DNA from: Treponemataceae bacterium
GTDB taxonomy: Bacteria > Spirochaetota > Spirochaetia > Treponematales > Rectinemataceae
Length of the DNA: 64,000 nucleotides
Direction: 5' to 3'
Assembly: GCA_963667725.2 (NCBI GenBank)
Contig: CAXXHO010000003.1
Span: forward strand, 2,144,001-2,208,000
In this document: one piece after another, positions 1 to 8,806 of the stretch
Numbering within the stretch: position 1 is the stretch's first letter
Layout: the number at the start of each line of letters is the position of its first letter
The notes under the pieces: model-generated
Seen by the model: the letters and a program-made list of their open reading frames with translations, nothing else
Database searches by the model: none
Told to the model about the DNA's origin: nothing
Translations under genes and position numbers: made by a program

Positions 1-452
1 CCTTCGGAACGAAAGGCTTCTCGATTCTCGATTTCGGCATCGTCATAGACGGCTACACGACAGACGTCACGATGAGTTTCGTGCGCGGCCCCTTCTCCAA
101 GGAACAGGACCTGATGATCCAGCTGGTCAAGGGAGCCTACGAAAAAGGCGTCGCCGGATGCGCGCCCGGCGCCTCGGCCCGCGGCATAGCCCTCGCCGTC
201 GACGAATATTTCTCCGCGGTCGGATTTTCCATGCCGCACGCCCTTGGCCACAGCATAGGATTGGAAGCCCACGAAACGCCCGGCATCAACGTAAGGGAAG
301 AAAACACGGCGATCCTGAAGCCGGGCAACATCGTCACCATAGAGCCCGGCCTCTACCACCCCGAATTCGGCGGCCTCAGGCTGGAAAACGATGTGCTTAT
401 TACGGAAACCGGCCACAAGGTGCTCACGTCTTCGAGGATCGTGGAACTGTAA
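1..452 (+). CDS. Xaa-Pro aminopeptidase (M24 family), C-terminal part; 5' end lies outside the window
   Basis: The frame is open from base 3 (FGTKGFSILDFGIVIDGYTTDVTMSF...). Carries M24 metal motifs D..G/D.T, HALGHSIGLEAHE, TIEPGLY and GLRLENDVLIT. Confidence 0.9.
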   Translation, partial: FGTKGFSILDFGIVIDGYTTDVTMSFVRGPFSKEQDLMIQLVKGAYEKGVAGCAPGASARGIALAVDEYFSAVGFSMPHALGHSIGLEAHETPGINVREENTAILKPGNIVTIEPGLYHPEFGGLRLENDVLITETGHKVLTSSRIVEL

Positions 453-466
453 CCAAGGCTCTCGGC

Positions 467-556
467 GGCGCCCGGGGCGCCCTTACGCGGCCCCGGGCGC
501 CTTATACGTAGCCTGCCTGCGTTGCCCTGAGCGCCCGCGGCGCAACGCAGGCAGGC
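467..556. repeat. Two GC-rich inverted repeats (12-bp arms 467-478/490-501; 15-bp arms 511-525/542-556)
   Basis: GGCGCCCGGGGC...GCCCCGGGCGCC and GCCTGCCTGCGTTGC...GCAACGCAGGCAGGC, lying between convergent genes. Confidence 0.8.
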
Positions 557-557
557 G

Positions 558-600
558 CTCCGGCCGAGCCTCCGGCCGAGCCTCCGGCCGAGCCTCCGGC
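558..600. repeat. 12-bp tandem repeat CTCCGGCCGAGC, about 3.6 copies
   Basis: Direct reading: units at 558, 570 and 582, partial unit at 594. Confidence 0.9.
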
Positions 601-1230
601 TCAGGCCTTTTTTTCTTTCTTAAGCGCGGCCTTTTCTCTTTTCGCCTTCGCCTTGTCTTCCTTCTCCGTCACGCCCTTTTCCGGGTTCGCGAAAGCCAGA
701 AGCGTCTCGGCCGCGTAACTTCTGACGCTAGCGTCGACCGCAAGTTCCAGAGCCAAAGCGCGCAAGGTCTTCGCGTCCACGCTCGTATCGGCGTCGGTCG
801 CGGCCTTGAGGGCCGAACTCACCTGCGCGGCCGTCTCCCCTACCGAATGCTCCATCCCGCGCCTGAAACGTCCATAGAACTCCTCAATTTCGACGGCATC
901 GCCGATCTTCCCTATGAGGGCGCCCATATCCTGGACCGACAGCACCCTTTTCAGCGTAAAAACCGTCAAAAGCAAGGCTATATGCTCCTGGCCGTATTTC
1001 TTGCCCTCGGTACGCGGCACGATCTTGGCCTTGGCGTAATTATTTATCATCGATGGAGTTATCAGCCCGTCTTCATTCGTCTTCACGAAGACGCCAAGCT
1101 GGCGTTCTAGATACGTGACTACCTGGTCCATGTAAAGCCCGATGTCGGGAAGCGATTCCCATTCGGCCGGAGCCTTCCGCGAAAGCGCACTGAAATATTG
1201 GCCTATTGCCTCGACGTTCATATCATCCAT
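601..1230 (-). CDS. DUF1836 domain protein (putative HTH regulator)
   Basis: WESLPDIGLYMDQV and ITPSMINNYAK..PR.EGKKY are characteristic of DUF1836. Confidence 0.85.
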   Translation of the reverse strand: MDDMNVEAIGQYFSALSRKAPAEWESLPDIGLYMDQVVTYLERQLGVFVKTNEDGLITPSMINNYAKAKIVPRTEGKKYGQEHIALLLTVFTLKRVLSVQDMGALIGKIGDAVEIEEFYGRFRRGMEHSVGETAAQVSSALKAATDADTSVDAKTLRALALELAVDASVRSYAAETLLAFANPEKGVTEKEDKAKAKREKAALKKEKKA

Positions 1231-1284
1231 GCGAAGAACGATAGCATATGGTTATCAATACTACAATATATGGCTTCCCGGACG

Positions 1285-1352
1285 TTGACGACTCCGATAT
1301 CATGTTATATTATTATTACTACTGTGTTACGTGATATATAATATTAGATCAC
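1285..1352 (+). promoter_or_regulatory. Sigma70-type promoter plus an imperfect palindrome upstream of the GDSL gene
   Basis: TTGACG(1285)-N17-TATTAT(1308). Palindrome GTGATATA-N6-TAGATCAC at 1331-1352. SD GGAGG at 1361. Confidence 0.55.
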
Positions 1353-1372
1353 ACGATATCGGAGGCTTTGAT

Positions 1373-2080
1373 ATGGTTCCAGGGAATGTCTATCTTTTCG
1401 GAGATTCGGTGGCAAGGGGCATAATCCTCGACGATGACGGAAGCTATACGCCCATAAAGGAGAGCTTCGCCACGCTCGCCGCCGAGAAGCTCGGCGTCCA
1501 CCTCGTCAACAAGGCCAGATTCGGCTGCACCGTCACGAAAGGACTCGACATCCTCCGTCGCTTCGTTTCGGGAGAAAGAGCCCCGGAATCCGGTCCGGAC
1601 AAAAGCAAAGGAGTCGCCATTCTGGAATTCGGCGGCAACGACTGCGATTTCCTCTGGGACGAAGTGGCCGCGAGCCCCGAAACCGACCATATTCCACTGA
1701 CGCCTCTCGATGTTTTTTCGCGCATATACGGCGAGATGATAGACGCCCTGCGCGCGAACGGACTCCAGCCCGCCATCATGAGCCTCCCCCCCCTCGTCGC
1801 CGAACGCTATCTGGCATGGATCACGCGCAACGGCCTGGACCGTGAAGCCATCCTGCGCTGGCTGGGCGGCGTGGAACAGATTTTCCGCTGGCACGAAGGC
1901 TACGATAAGGCCGTCAGGGCGGTGGCCGCGGCCAAGAACTGTCCGCTCCTGGATATCAGAAAGGACTTTCTGGCGCAAAGGGATTACAGGGAATATATGT
2001 GCGACGACGGAATCCACCCCAACAGGGCAGGACATAGGCTCATAGAATCGTCGCTGGAGAGATACGCCGCTTTGGCTTGA
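1373..2080 (+). CDS. SGNH/GDSL hydrolase (lipase/esterase)
   Basis: Blocks FGDSV, G, EFGGND and DGIHP. ATG 1373 follows GGAGG. Confidence 0.9.
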   Translation: MVPGNVYLFGDSVARGIILDDDGSYTPIKESFATLAAEKLGVHLVNKARFGCTVTKGLDILRRFVSGERAPESGPDKSKGVAILEFGGNDCDFLWDEVAASPETDHIPLTPLDVFSRIYGEMIDALRANGLQPAIMSLPPLVAERYLAWITRNGLDREAILRWLGGVEQIFRWHEGYDKAVRAVAAAKNCPLLDIRKDFLAQRDYREYMCDDGIHPNRAGHRLIESSLERYAALA

Positions 2081-2140
2081 ATCAAGCTAAATCAGCTCGA
2101 ATAAGTCTGAAATTCGCGACGCGGGAGGATCGGAACCGGC

Positions 2141-3157
2141 CTAGGCCAGGCGCCATGCCAGTTCGGCGCCCGCACACATAGGGACGACACCGTCTATTTC
2201 GTCGGGCACCTTCCAAGCTTCGCGGCGGAGTCTTATCGTGCCTGTCGGGGAGGGAAGCCGGTAGTAGCGGGCGCCGTTGCCGGCCAGGAAAGGTCCGAGC
2301 GCTTCCAGAGCCCCCGCCGATTCGAAGAGACCGGCAAGCGCGGGAATGGCGGTAGGCGAGGAATAGATGCCTCCCGGCGCGCGGGCGCGCTCTTTGGCCG
2401 CGCGCGCGTGCGGCGCCGAGTCGCTTCCGAAGAAAAACTTGGGCGAAGCCGAAAAAGCGGCAGTCCGGAGCGCTTCCCTGTCAGCTGCCGATTTTATGAT
2501 CGGTTTGCAGAAAAGGTGAGGATTGAGACTGCCGCCCAGCATGTCGTCGATCGTGAAAAGCAGGTGATGGGCGGTAATTGAGGCCGCAAGTCTTTCGGGT
2601 CCGGAAGCGACGAAATCCGCCGCTTCCTTCGTGGACAGATGCTCGAGCACAACGCGAAGCCGCGGCCAGCGAGCCAGGATCTTCTCCAGCGTGGCGAGAA
2701 AGACGGTCTCGCGCTCCAGCGAAGGGGCGTCGGGATCTTCGCCGTGGATGGAAAGTATGATCCCGAAGGATTCCATGGCGGAAAGGGCTTCGGCCACGCT
2801 GTCGGGATTCGAGGGACCATCGGCCGCGTTGGTCGTCGCGCCGGCCGGATAGTATTTTCCCGCGATCGCTCCGGCCGCCCCGCATGCCTCGACCGTCTTC
2901 GCGTCCATTCCGGGAAGAAGCTTGAAGGTCATGAGGGGAGCAAAATCCGAAGCTTCCGGCAGGCAGCCGACTATCTTGTTTCTGTAGGCGACGAGCGAGG
3001 CGGCGTCGGCTATAGGCGGAAGCGTGTTGGGCATGACGATCGCCCTTCCGAAACAGGCGCTGTGGCGCCTGACATAAAGCGCCAGCGGATCGCCCTGTCT
3101 GAAGTGGACATGAAAGTCATCCGGCCTTGCCAGGACTATTTCCTTTGGGTCAATCAA
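2141..3157 (-). CDS. pyrC: Dihydroorotase (E. coli-type, homodimeric class)
   Basis: DDFHVHFR, VMPNT, KYYPAGATTN, LEHLST, HLFCKP, GSDSAPH. Confidence 0.93.
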   Translation of the reverse strand: MIDPKEIVLARPDDFHVHFRQGDPLALYVRRHSACFGRAIVMPNTLPPIADAASLVAYRNKIVGCLPEASDFAPLMTFKLLPGMDAKTVEACGAAGAIAGKYYPAGATTNAADGPSNPDSVAEALSAMESFGIILSIHGEDPDAPSLERETVFLATLEKILARWPRLRVVLEHLSTKEAADFVASGPERLAASITAHHLLFTIDDMLGGSLNPHLFCKPIIKSAADREALRTAAFSASPKFFFGSDSAPHARAAKERARAPGGIYSSPTAIPALAGLFESAGALEALGPFLAGNGARYYRLPSPTGTIRLRREAWKVPDEIDGVVPMCAGAELAWRLA

Positions 3158-4832
3158 AGCGAACCTCCAGAAGGGATACGTCGTCCTGGAAATGATCGAC
3201 GGCGGAAAGCGTCGAGAGTTTCTTTTGAAGCTCTTCTATGCTCGTCTTTTCATGGGGAATGCCCGACGCGACCCTTTCCAGCAATTGGATGAAGGCTTCC
3301 AGGCCTAGAATTTCCCCTTCCCTGGTAAAAAACTCGTAGATGCCGTCGGAAAAGAGGAAGAGGCGCGATTCTTTCGGCACTTGTATTTCCAGTTTTCTGT
3401 AGACGGCATCGGGATCGGCTCCGGCCACCATGCCTTCAGCCTTCAGCTCCACGGCTCCGCCTCCCTGGACGATGAGCACAGCCGGCGGGCTGCCCGCCGA
3501 CGCGTGGGTGAGGATTCGCGTCTTTTCGTCCCAAACCCCGTACCAGAGCGTGAAGAGCATATTGTTGCGTTCTTCCATGCGAAACGCGTGGTTCAGGCCC
3601 CGCATCACCGCCACCGGATCGCTGAAATCCACGTTCTTCAAGCCTTCGGTGCGCAGGACGTCGAAGATGGTCACCGAGTAGAGGGCCGACTGCAGGCCAT
3701 GACCGCCCACATCGATCATGAAGAAGACCATCCGGCCGTCGTCGAGCCTGTGGTAGCCGAAAAGGTCGCCGCCGAGGCTGGCTGACGGGATGAAGGTCCA
3801 GTCCGTCGACATCGTGGCGCCCGAGATCTTCCCGGGCAGGAGACAGCGCACGTATTCGGCGCCCTTTCGCAGTTCTTCCTCCAGCGATGCTCTCGTGCGC
3901 GCCAGCGCCGCGATATAAAGCTGCCGTCTCTCCCGCAGCCGCTTCCGCTCGATGCTCGATTCGATGCGCGCGAGCAGGACAGAAGGTTCCACGTCCAGCC
4001 TGAAATAGCCATCAGCCCCGAGCTGTATCACGCGGGCAGTGCATTTCGACTCCGAGAAAGGCGAGAGGACGATCATTCTGGTATCGATAAATTCTCCGCA
4101 GGATTTCAGGAATTCCTGAAGCTCAAAACCGGCGAAACCGGCTGAGAACATATCCCCGACCAGGACATCGGGCAGGGAAGCCCACCTCGATTCGTCGGAG
4201 GCGTGTTTCCTGGAGAGAGTATAGGTGCCAATCGTTCCGCTGGAGATATGGCGCACGACAGCGGCGGGCGTTTCGCCAGCGGTCGGCATTTCGTCCGAAA
4301 ACCCGAAGGCCGAAAAAAGCTCGGCGGGGGAGGTGGCGATGAGGACCTCATGCCCGAAACGTCTCAATAGCCCGGCCACGTTTTCGGCGAGGGAGGGCTC
4401 CAGGGCGAGCAGCACCCTGCCCGGCTTCGCCTGCGCCACCTTCTCCGGCGGCAGGATTTCGCCATCCTGAAGGTTGGTGGAGATCGGGTCCATCTGCCTT
4501 ATGCCCATTCGCGACGCGAGAGTCCTGGCGTCTTCGATGGCGCGCGACGTCAATGTTCCGGCCGCCTCGAGCTCTTCATCGTCAAAGACCTTGAGGGAGC
4601 GGTTCAGAAGGGAAATTATCCTGAAAACAGGGTAGAGGGCGAGGTTCTGTCCGCTCCGCAGGCTTTCGGACAATACCGAGGCGAGAAGTCCCGCTTTTTC
4701 GGCGTTCTCGAACGAAGAAGAAACCGCCCCTGAATGAGCGATGCCTGACAGGGCCGTCAAATGATCGGAGATATCGTGTATGAGCGTTTCCGCTTCAAAA
4801 TCGGACGAAGACTGTCCTTCCTTGGCAATCAT
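3150..4832 (-). CDS. Receiver-domain PP2C/SpoIIE (RsbU-like) Ser/Thr phosphatase
   Basis: C-terminal LGGDLF, MIDVGGHG, FSDG and QDDVS; central REC-like region with GADGY. Start placed at ATG 4832 because the longer ORF is antisense to murA. Confidence 0.8.
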   Translation of the reverse strand: MIAKEGQSSSDFEAETLIHDISDHLTALSGIAHSGAVSSSFENAEKAGLLASVLSESLRSGQNLALYPVFRIISLLNRSLKVFDDEELEAAGTLTSRAIEDARTLASRMGIRQMDPISTNLQDGEILPPEKVAQAKPGRVLLALEPSLAENVAGLLRRFGHEVLIATSPAELFSAFGFSDEMPTAGETPAAVVRHISSGTIGTYTLSRKHASDESRWASLPDVLVGDMFSAGFAGFELQEFLKSCGEFIDTRMIVLSPFSESKCTARVIQLGADGYFRLDVEPSVLLARIESSIERKRLRERRQLYIAALARTRASLEEELRKGAEYVRCLLPGKISGATMSTDWTFIPSASLGGDLFGYHRLDDGRMVFFMIDVGGHGLQSALYSVTIFDVLRTEGLKNVDFSDPVAVMRGLNHAFRMEERNNMLFTLWYGVWDEKTRILTHASAGSPPAVLIVQGGGAVELKAEGMVAGADPDAVYRKLEIQVPKESRLFLFSDGIYEFFTREGEILGLEAFIQLLERVASGIPHEKTSIEELQKKLSTLSAVDHFQDDVSLLEVRFD

Positions 4833-4884
4833 TACATTCAATATAACGATTATGACGGCATCAAGTAAGTCCTGCCGATATCGG

Positions 4885-4919
4885 TTGACCAAACGAAAAA
4901 CAGACCCTACAGTAGCGCT
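4885..4919 (+). promoter_or_regulatory. Sigma70 promoter of murA, positioned for a leaderless mRNA
   Basis: TTGACC(4885)-N17-TACAGT(4908)-N6-ATG(4920); no SD sequence. Confidence 0.6.
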
Positions 4920-6203
4920 ATGTACAAGTATATCGTCGAAGGCGGCCACCCCGTAAAGGGCAGGGTCGTCGCGTCCGGCAACAAGAACGCGGCCCTTCCC
5001 TGTCTCGCCGCGGCGGTCCTCGCCGGAGGCCCCGTAACCCTCAGGAATATTCCCGAAATTGAGGATGTGGCCGTCATGATCGAGGTGCTTAAGCATCTCG
5101 GAGCGAAGGTCAACCGCGTCGGTCCCCACGACTGGCTCATAGATTCGAGCACGATAACGCGGCAGGACGTGCCCGCCGAACAATCGCGCAAGGTAAGGGC
5201 TTCCATACTCTTCGCCGGCCCGCTTCTGGCCCGCTTCGGCCAGGCCATCCTCCCTCCCCCCGGAGGCGACACCATCGGCCGAAGGCGCATCGATACGCAT
5301 CTTCTGGCGCTCCAGGAACTGGGCGCCCGCATCACGATGGACGGCGTCCTGCGTTTTTCGGCGGCCAAGCTGAAGGGAGCGCCCATCTTCCTCGATGAAG
5401 CCTCGGTCACCGGCACAGAGAACGCCATCATGGCGGCCGTGCTCGCCGAGGGCACGACGGTGCTGCGCAACGCGGCTTCGGAGCCTCACGTCCAGGATCT
5501 CTGCCTCATGCTCAATTCCATGGGAGCCCTGATCGATGGCGTCGGCTCCAACATGCTCACTATACATGGCGTCGCCGACCTCAAGGGAACAGACTATAGG
5601 ATAGGACCTGACTATATGGAGATAGGCTCCTTCATAGGGCTGGCCGCGGTGACTCACGGCGAGATCACGATCGATGGCATAGACCAGGAGGACCTTCCCC
5701 CGCTCAGGGTCGGTTTCGGCAGGCTCGGCATATCCTGGGAAGTGAAGGGAGACAGTCTCTTCGTGCCGAGCAATCAACTCATGAAAGTGACGGCCGATCT
5801 CGGCGGCCAGATCCCCAAGATCGACGACTCGCCCTGGCCTGGTTTCCCTCCCGACCTCACGTCCATAATGACGGTCGTCGCTACCCAGACCGAAGGCACG
5901 GCCCTCATTCACGAAAAAATGTTCGAATCGCGCATGTTCTTCGTCGATAAACTGATCGGCATGGGCGCGCGGATAGTCCTCTGCGATCCCCATCGGGCGG
6001 TCGTTTCCGGGCCCGCGCGCCTCTCCGGCGCCCTCCTGGTCTCACCCGATGTGCGCGCGGGCATGGCGATGGTCATCGCCGCTCTCTGCGCCGACGGCGT
6101 GAGCACGATCCAGAACGTCTACCAGATAGAAAGAGGCTACGAGCGCATCACCGAAAGGCTCAAGATGCTGGGAGCCCATATCGAGCGAAGCGAGGACTGC
6201 TGA
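4920..6203 (+). CDS. murA: UDP-N-acetylglucosamine 1-carboxyvinyltransferase (Asp-type active site)
   Basis: [57 protein letters not shown]. Confidence 0.96.
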   Translation: MYKYIVEGGHPVKGRVVASGNKNAALPCLAAAVLAGGPVTLRNIPEIEDVAVMIEVLKHLGAKVNRVGPHDWLIDSSTITRQDVPAEQSRKVRASILFAGPLLARFGQAILPPPGGDTIGRRRIDTHLLALQELGARITMDGVLRFSAAKLKGAPIFLDEASVTGTENAIMAAVLAEGTTVLRNAASEPHVQDLCLMLNSMGALIDGVGSNMLTIHGVADLKGTDYRIGPDYMEIGSFIGLAAVTHGEITIDGIDQEDLPPLRVGFGRLGISWEVKGDSLFVPSNQLMKVTADLGGQIPKIDDSPWPGFPPDLTSIMTVVATQTEGTALIHEKMFESRMFFVDKLIGMGARIVLCDPHRAVVSGPARLSGALLVSPDVRAGMAMVIAALCADGVSTIQNVYQIERGYERITERLKMLGAHIERSEDC

Positions 6204-6211
6204 GTTTAGGG

Positions 6212-6286
6212 TTACGCACAGAATCCGCACATAGATTCCACAGCTTTTACTGGGGTTATCCACATCTTGTCAGCGGGTTATCCACA
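6212..6286 (+). promoter_or_regulatory. Cluster of DnaA-box-like 9-mers in 11-bp phase
   Basis: Perfect TTATCCACA at 6256 and 6278. Degenerate TTACGCACA (6212), ATCCGCACA (6223) and GATTCCACA (6234). Confidence 0.6.
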
Positions 6287-6953
6287 GGTAGCCTAGGCCT
6301 CGCGATGAGCGGACGCAGTCCCCAAGGCCGGGGTGAAGCCTCGATAGCTTGGCTTTAAGCCGCGACACCCTCATGGAGAAAGCTCGCGTTTTTCCGTCGC
6401 GGGGCAGGGTCGCGGCTCCGGCATAGCGGGTATCCGACGCGACAATCCTTCCGGGAACCGCCAGGAAAAGGCGAAATATTTCCGCTTCCGTCGCCGAGAG
6501 GAGTTCGGTGGTTTCGCCTCCCTTCGCGGCCAAATCCTTCCAGACCAGAGCGAGTCCGCGCAGTGCGAGCAAGCCTTCCCCGCAAAGGATCACCGGCTGA
6601 ACCAAGCGGTATAAGCGGGCTTCCAGCTCGAGTCTCGTCCAGCCTTCGCGCATGAAATCCGACGCGCCTGCCTCATAGCAGGGCAAGGCCAGATCGCTGC
6701 TCCCACAGGCTATGACGGGTATCGGAATGATCGACCTTTCCCGCTCGAGCAGAAGGGATCCCGGGATTACGCAGACATCATAGACACCAAGTTCCTCCGA
6801 TTTTTCGGGAAGGCCTTTCGCTTTTTCGATGGAAAGGAGAGGAGAAGAAAAGGCCGCCTCGCCTTCGGGTGCCGCCTCTGCGCTCAAAAAAGAAAAAGGT
6901 TCTTCCCGTTCGACGAGAAGAACCTTTATGGGCAAAAATTTCATGCCAGCCAT
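6270..6953 (-). CDS. OmpR-like regulator with a degenerate receiver and a winged-helix C-terminus
   Basis: AGASDFM..W...ELEARL; C-terminal LSATEAEIF..., RVSRLKAKL and VRSSRGLGY. No Asp is evident at the phospho-acceptor position. Confidence 0.7.
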   Translation of the reverse strand: MAGMKFLPIKVLLVEREEPFSFLSAEAAPEGEAAFSSPLLSIEKAKGLPEKSEELGVYDVCVIPGSLLLERERSIIPIPVIACGSSDLALPCYEAGASDFMREGWTRLELEARLYRLVQPVILCGEGLLALRGLALVWKDLAAKGGETTELLSATEAEIFRLFLAVPGRIVASDTRYAGAATLPRDGKTRAFSMRVSRLKAKLSRLHPGLGDCVRSSRGLGYLWITR

Positions 6954-6977
6954 TTCGGCCTCGGCCGACGCAAGTCC

Positions 6978-7697
6978 TCAAGGGGTTGGGTTCTGCGACC
7001 CATTCCCGGCTCCGGCGTCCGACGTGAGCATCTTGCGCTTCAGGTCCTCAAGGAGGGAATCGGCGGCCATGGGCGAGGATTCAAGCGCCGCGAACTGCTT
7101 CTCCAGGGTCGCCCCGCTGGAGGCGTCCTCGAGTTCCTTCTGGGCTTCCGTCCTCGCTTCCAGTTCGTCGATTTTCTTCGCCATGCGGTCGAAGGTATCG
7201 AAGGCGCTTTTGTTGCCCTGAAGGGACGACATCGTCTTGTTGATCTTGTCCTGGGCTTCGGCGCGCTTGGCCCGAGCTATCAGGATATTCTTCTTGCGTG
7301 AGGCTTCCTCGATCTTCGTCTGCACATCGCGCAGGGAAACTTTTAGCTTTTCGACGGATTCCTTCTGGGCCTGCCACTGCGTTCCCAGCTGGCCGACATA
7401 GGACGAGTGTTCTTGCTGCCTAAGGAGGGCTTCCTTGGCAAGGTCATCCCTTCCCGCCCTGACGGCGAGCATGGCCTTCTTCTCCCAATCCTCTGCCTTG
7501 GCCCTGTTCTCGACAACCTCGCGCTCGAGCCGCTTTTCGTCGGCGATGGCCATGGCCACCGCTTTCTTGGACTCGATGAGCTGCTCGTTCATGTCGATGA
7601 TCATCTGGTTGAGCATTTTCTCGGGATTCTCGGCCTTGGCGATGAGATCGTTCATATTCGAAGAGATGACTGTCTTCAACCTGTCAAAGATACCCAT
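6978..7697 (-). CDS. pspA: PspA/IM30 (Vipp1, ESCRT-III-like) family protein
   Basis: MGIFDRLKTVISSNMNDLIAKAENPEKML; WEKKAMLAV..GRDDLAKEAL; AFDTFDRM..KI. Confidence 0.93.
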   Translation of the reverse strand: MGIFDRLKTVISSNMNDLIAKAENPEKMLNQMIIDMNEQLIESKKAVAMAIADEKRLEREVVENRAKAEDWEKKAMLAVRAGRDDLAKEALLRQQEHSSYVGQLGTQWQAQKESVEKLKVSLRDVQTKIEEASRKKNILIARAKRAEAQDKINKTMSSLQGNKSAFDTFDRMAKKIDELEARTEAQKELEDASSGATLEKQFAALESSPMAADSLLEDLKRKMLTSDAGAGNGSQNPTP

Positions 7698-7700
7698 ATG

Positions 7701-8096
7701 TTATTCCTCCTTCTTGGCTGCGAACTGCGAAAGCAAGGGATAATGCTGGCTCAAGGCGAAGGCCATCGCTTCGATGGAAGCTCTGAACTCGTTCTTGTCC
7801 ATAGTCTCATACTCGATGGTGTCGAGGGCTACGACTTCATCGCCATCGAGGGCATAGGCGCCATGGAGGAAATCGGTCCCATTGAGGTGGAGCAGGGTGG
7901 AAAACAGTTTTTCACGGTCTTTTTCCGGCACCGGCATGACATCGGCGCGAATGACGACGATGGGGTCGGAATGGCTCACCACCATTTTAGGCAGACCTTT
8001 GGCCTCATCTTCGATGAGCCAGGCTCCTTTGGACAATTCCTGATAGGAAATGTCGAGGTCAATAAGATATTGCTCGACTTTAGACAAACCTAACAT
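7701..8096 (-). CDS. YbjN/CesT-like (type III chaperone fold) small acidic protein
   Basis: 131 aa, acidic; pattern LF..LLHLN......GAYAL.GD.V; ends 3 bp upstream of pspA. Confidence 0.65.
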   Translation of the reverse strand: MLGLSKVEQYLIDLDISYQELSKGAWLIEDEAKGLPKMVVSHSDPIVVIRADVMPVPEKDREKLFSTLLHLNGTDFLHGAYALDGDEVVALDTIEYETMDKNEFRASIEAMAFALSQHYPLLSQFAAKKEE

Positions 8097-8161
8097 GCTT
8101 TTCCCTCCCTTGGGTTCCGGAGCCCGTCCGTATCGGTCGCGCGGCTTCCGAAAGCCGACAT

Positions 8162-8713
8162 TCAGCCCAATTCCATGTCGCCATCAGGCATGACCGTGAT
8201 AACGGCCTCGCATATATGGCAACGGCTTCTGCCCGGTCCATCGACCCCGAGCGGCGATGAACATGCGGGACATATAGCTGTCATGGGGAAGATGTCGCGC
8301 TTCATCCCCTGAATATACTCCAGCGCATATCGCAGGTCCAAGGCCGTGGAGAAAAAATTATTTAAACCCAGGGTTTCCAGAAAGCGCTGCTGTTTCGGGC
8401 GCAGGCTGTACAGTACAAGGTCGCCGCCCCTGGCCCTCATCCGCTTCTGGAGGGCCACAAGGAACCCCGCTCCGGCGGAAGTGATGTCATCGATGCGGGA
8501 AAAATCGAGAAAGAGAATTTTGGCGTTTCGGCCCAGGCCAGCCACGATATCAGCGTTGAGCGCTTCCACGCGTCCGGCGTCGAGTATTCCCGCGGGATGG
8601 CAGCAAAGACCCTCGGGCATCTTGGGCAGAAGTTCGCAGAGGGAATCGGTTTCCCGTAGCGAAGAATCCGCGGAGGCCGAGAGTTGGGCGCGGGCAAGCA
8701 GTCTCGAAGGCAT
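8162..8713 (-). CDS. STAS-domain (anti-anti-sigma) protein with a C-terminal Zn ribbon
   Basis: LDFSRIDDITSAGAG (phosphorylatable Ser motif) and GGDLVL; CPAC...CHIC. Confidence 0.8.
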   Translation of the reverse strand: MPSRLLARAQLSASADSSLRETDSLCELLPKMPEGLCCHPAGILDAGRVEALNADIVAGLGRNAKILFLDFSRIDDITSAGAGFLVALQKRMRARGGDLVLYSLRPKQQRFLETLGLNNFFSTALDLRYALEYIQGMKRDIFPMTAICPACSSPLGVDGPGRSRCHICEAVITVMPDGDMELG

Positions 8714-8748
8714 GAAAGCATCGTAGCGCCCCGGGCTTTTCTTGTCAA
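8714..8748 (-). promoter_or_regulatory. Sigma70 promoter of the STAS-psp operon (leaderless geometry)
   Basis: Minus strand TTGACA-N17-TACGAT-N6-ATG(8713). Confidence 0.7.
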
Positions 8749-8806
8749 ACCGCCCGCGGGGCGACGGAAGCCGAAGAAAATTTTATCTGGCTCGCTCCGG
8801 GACATT

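Noticed and set aside
467..600. Repeat cluster considered as a CRISPR array
   Set aside because: No repeat-spacer alternation and no cas genes.
4833..5993. N-terminal ~390 aa of the 947-aa ORF 3150..5993
   Set aside because: It is the antisense shadow of murA; the real phosphatase most plausibly starts at ATG 4832.
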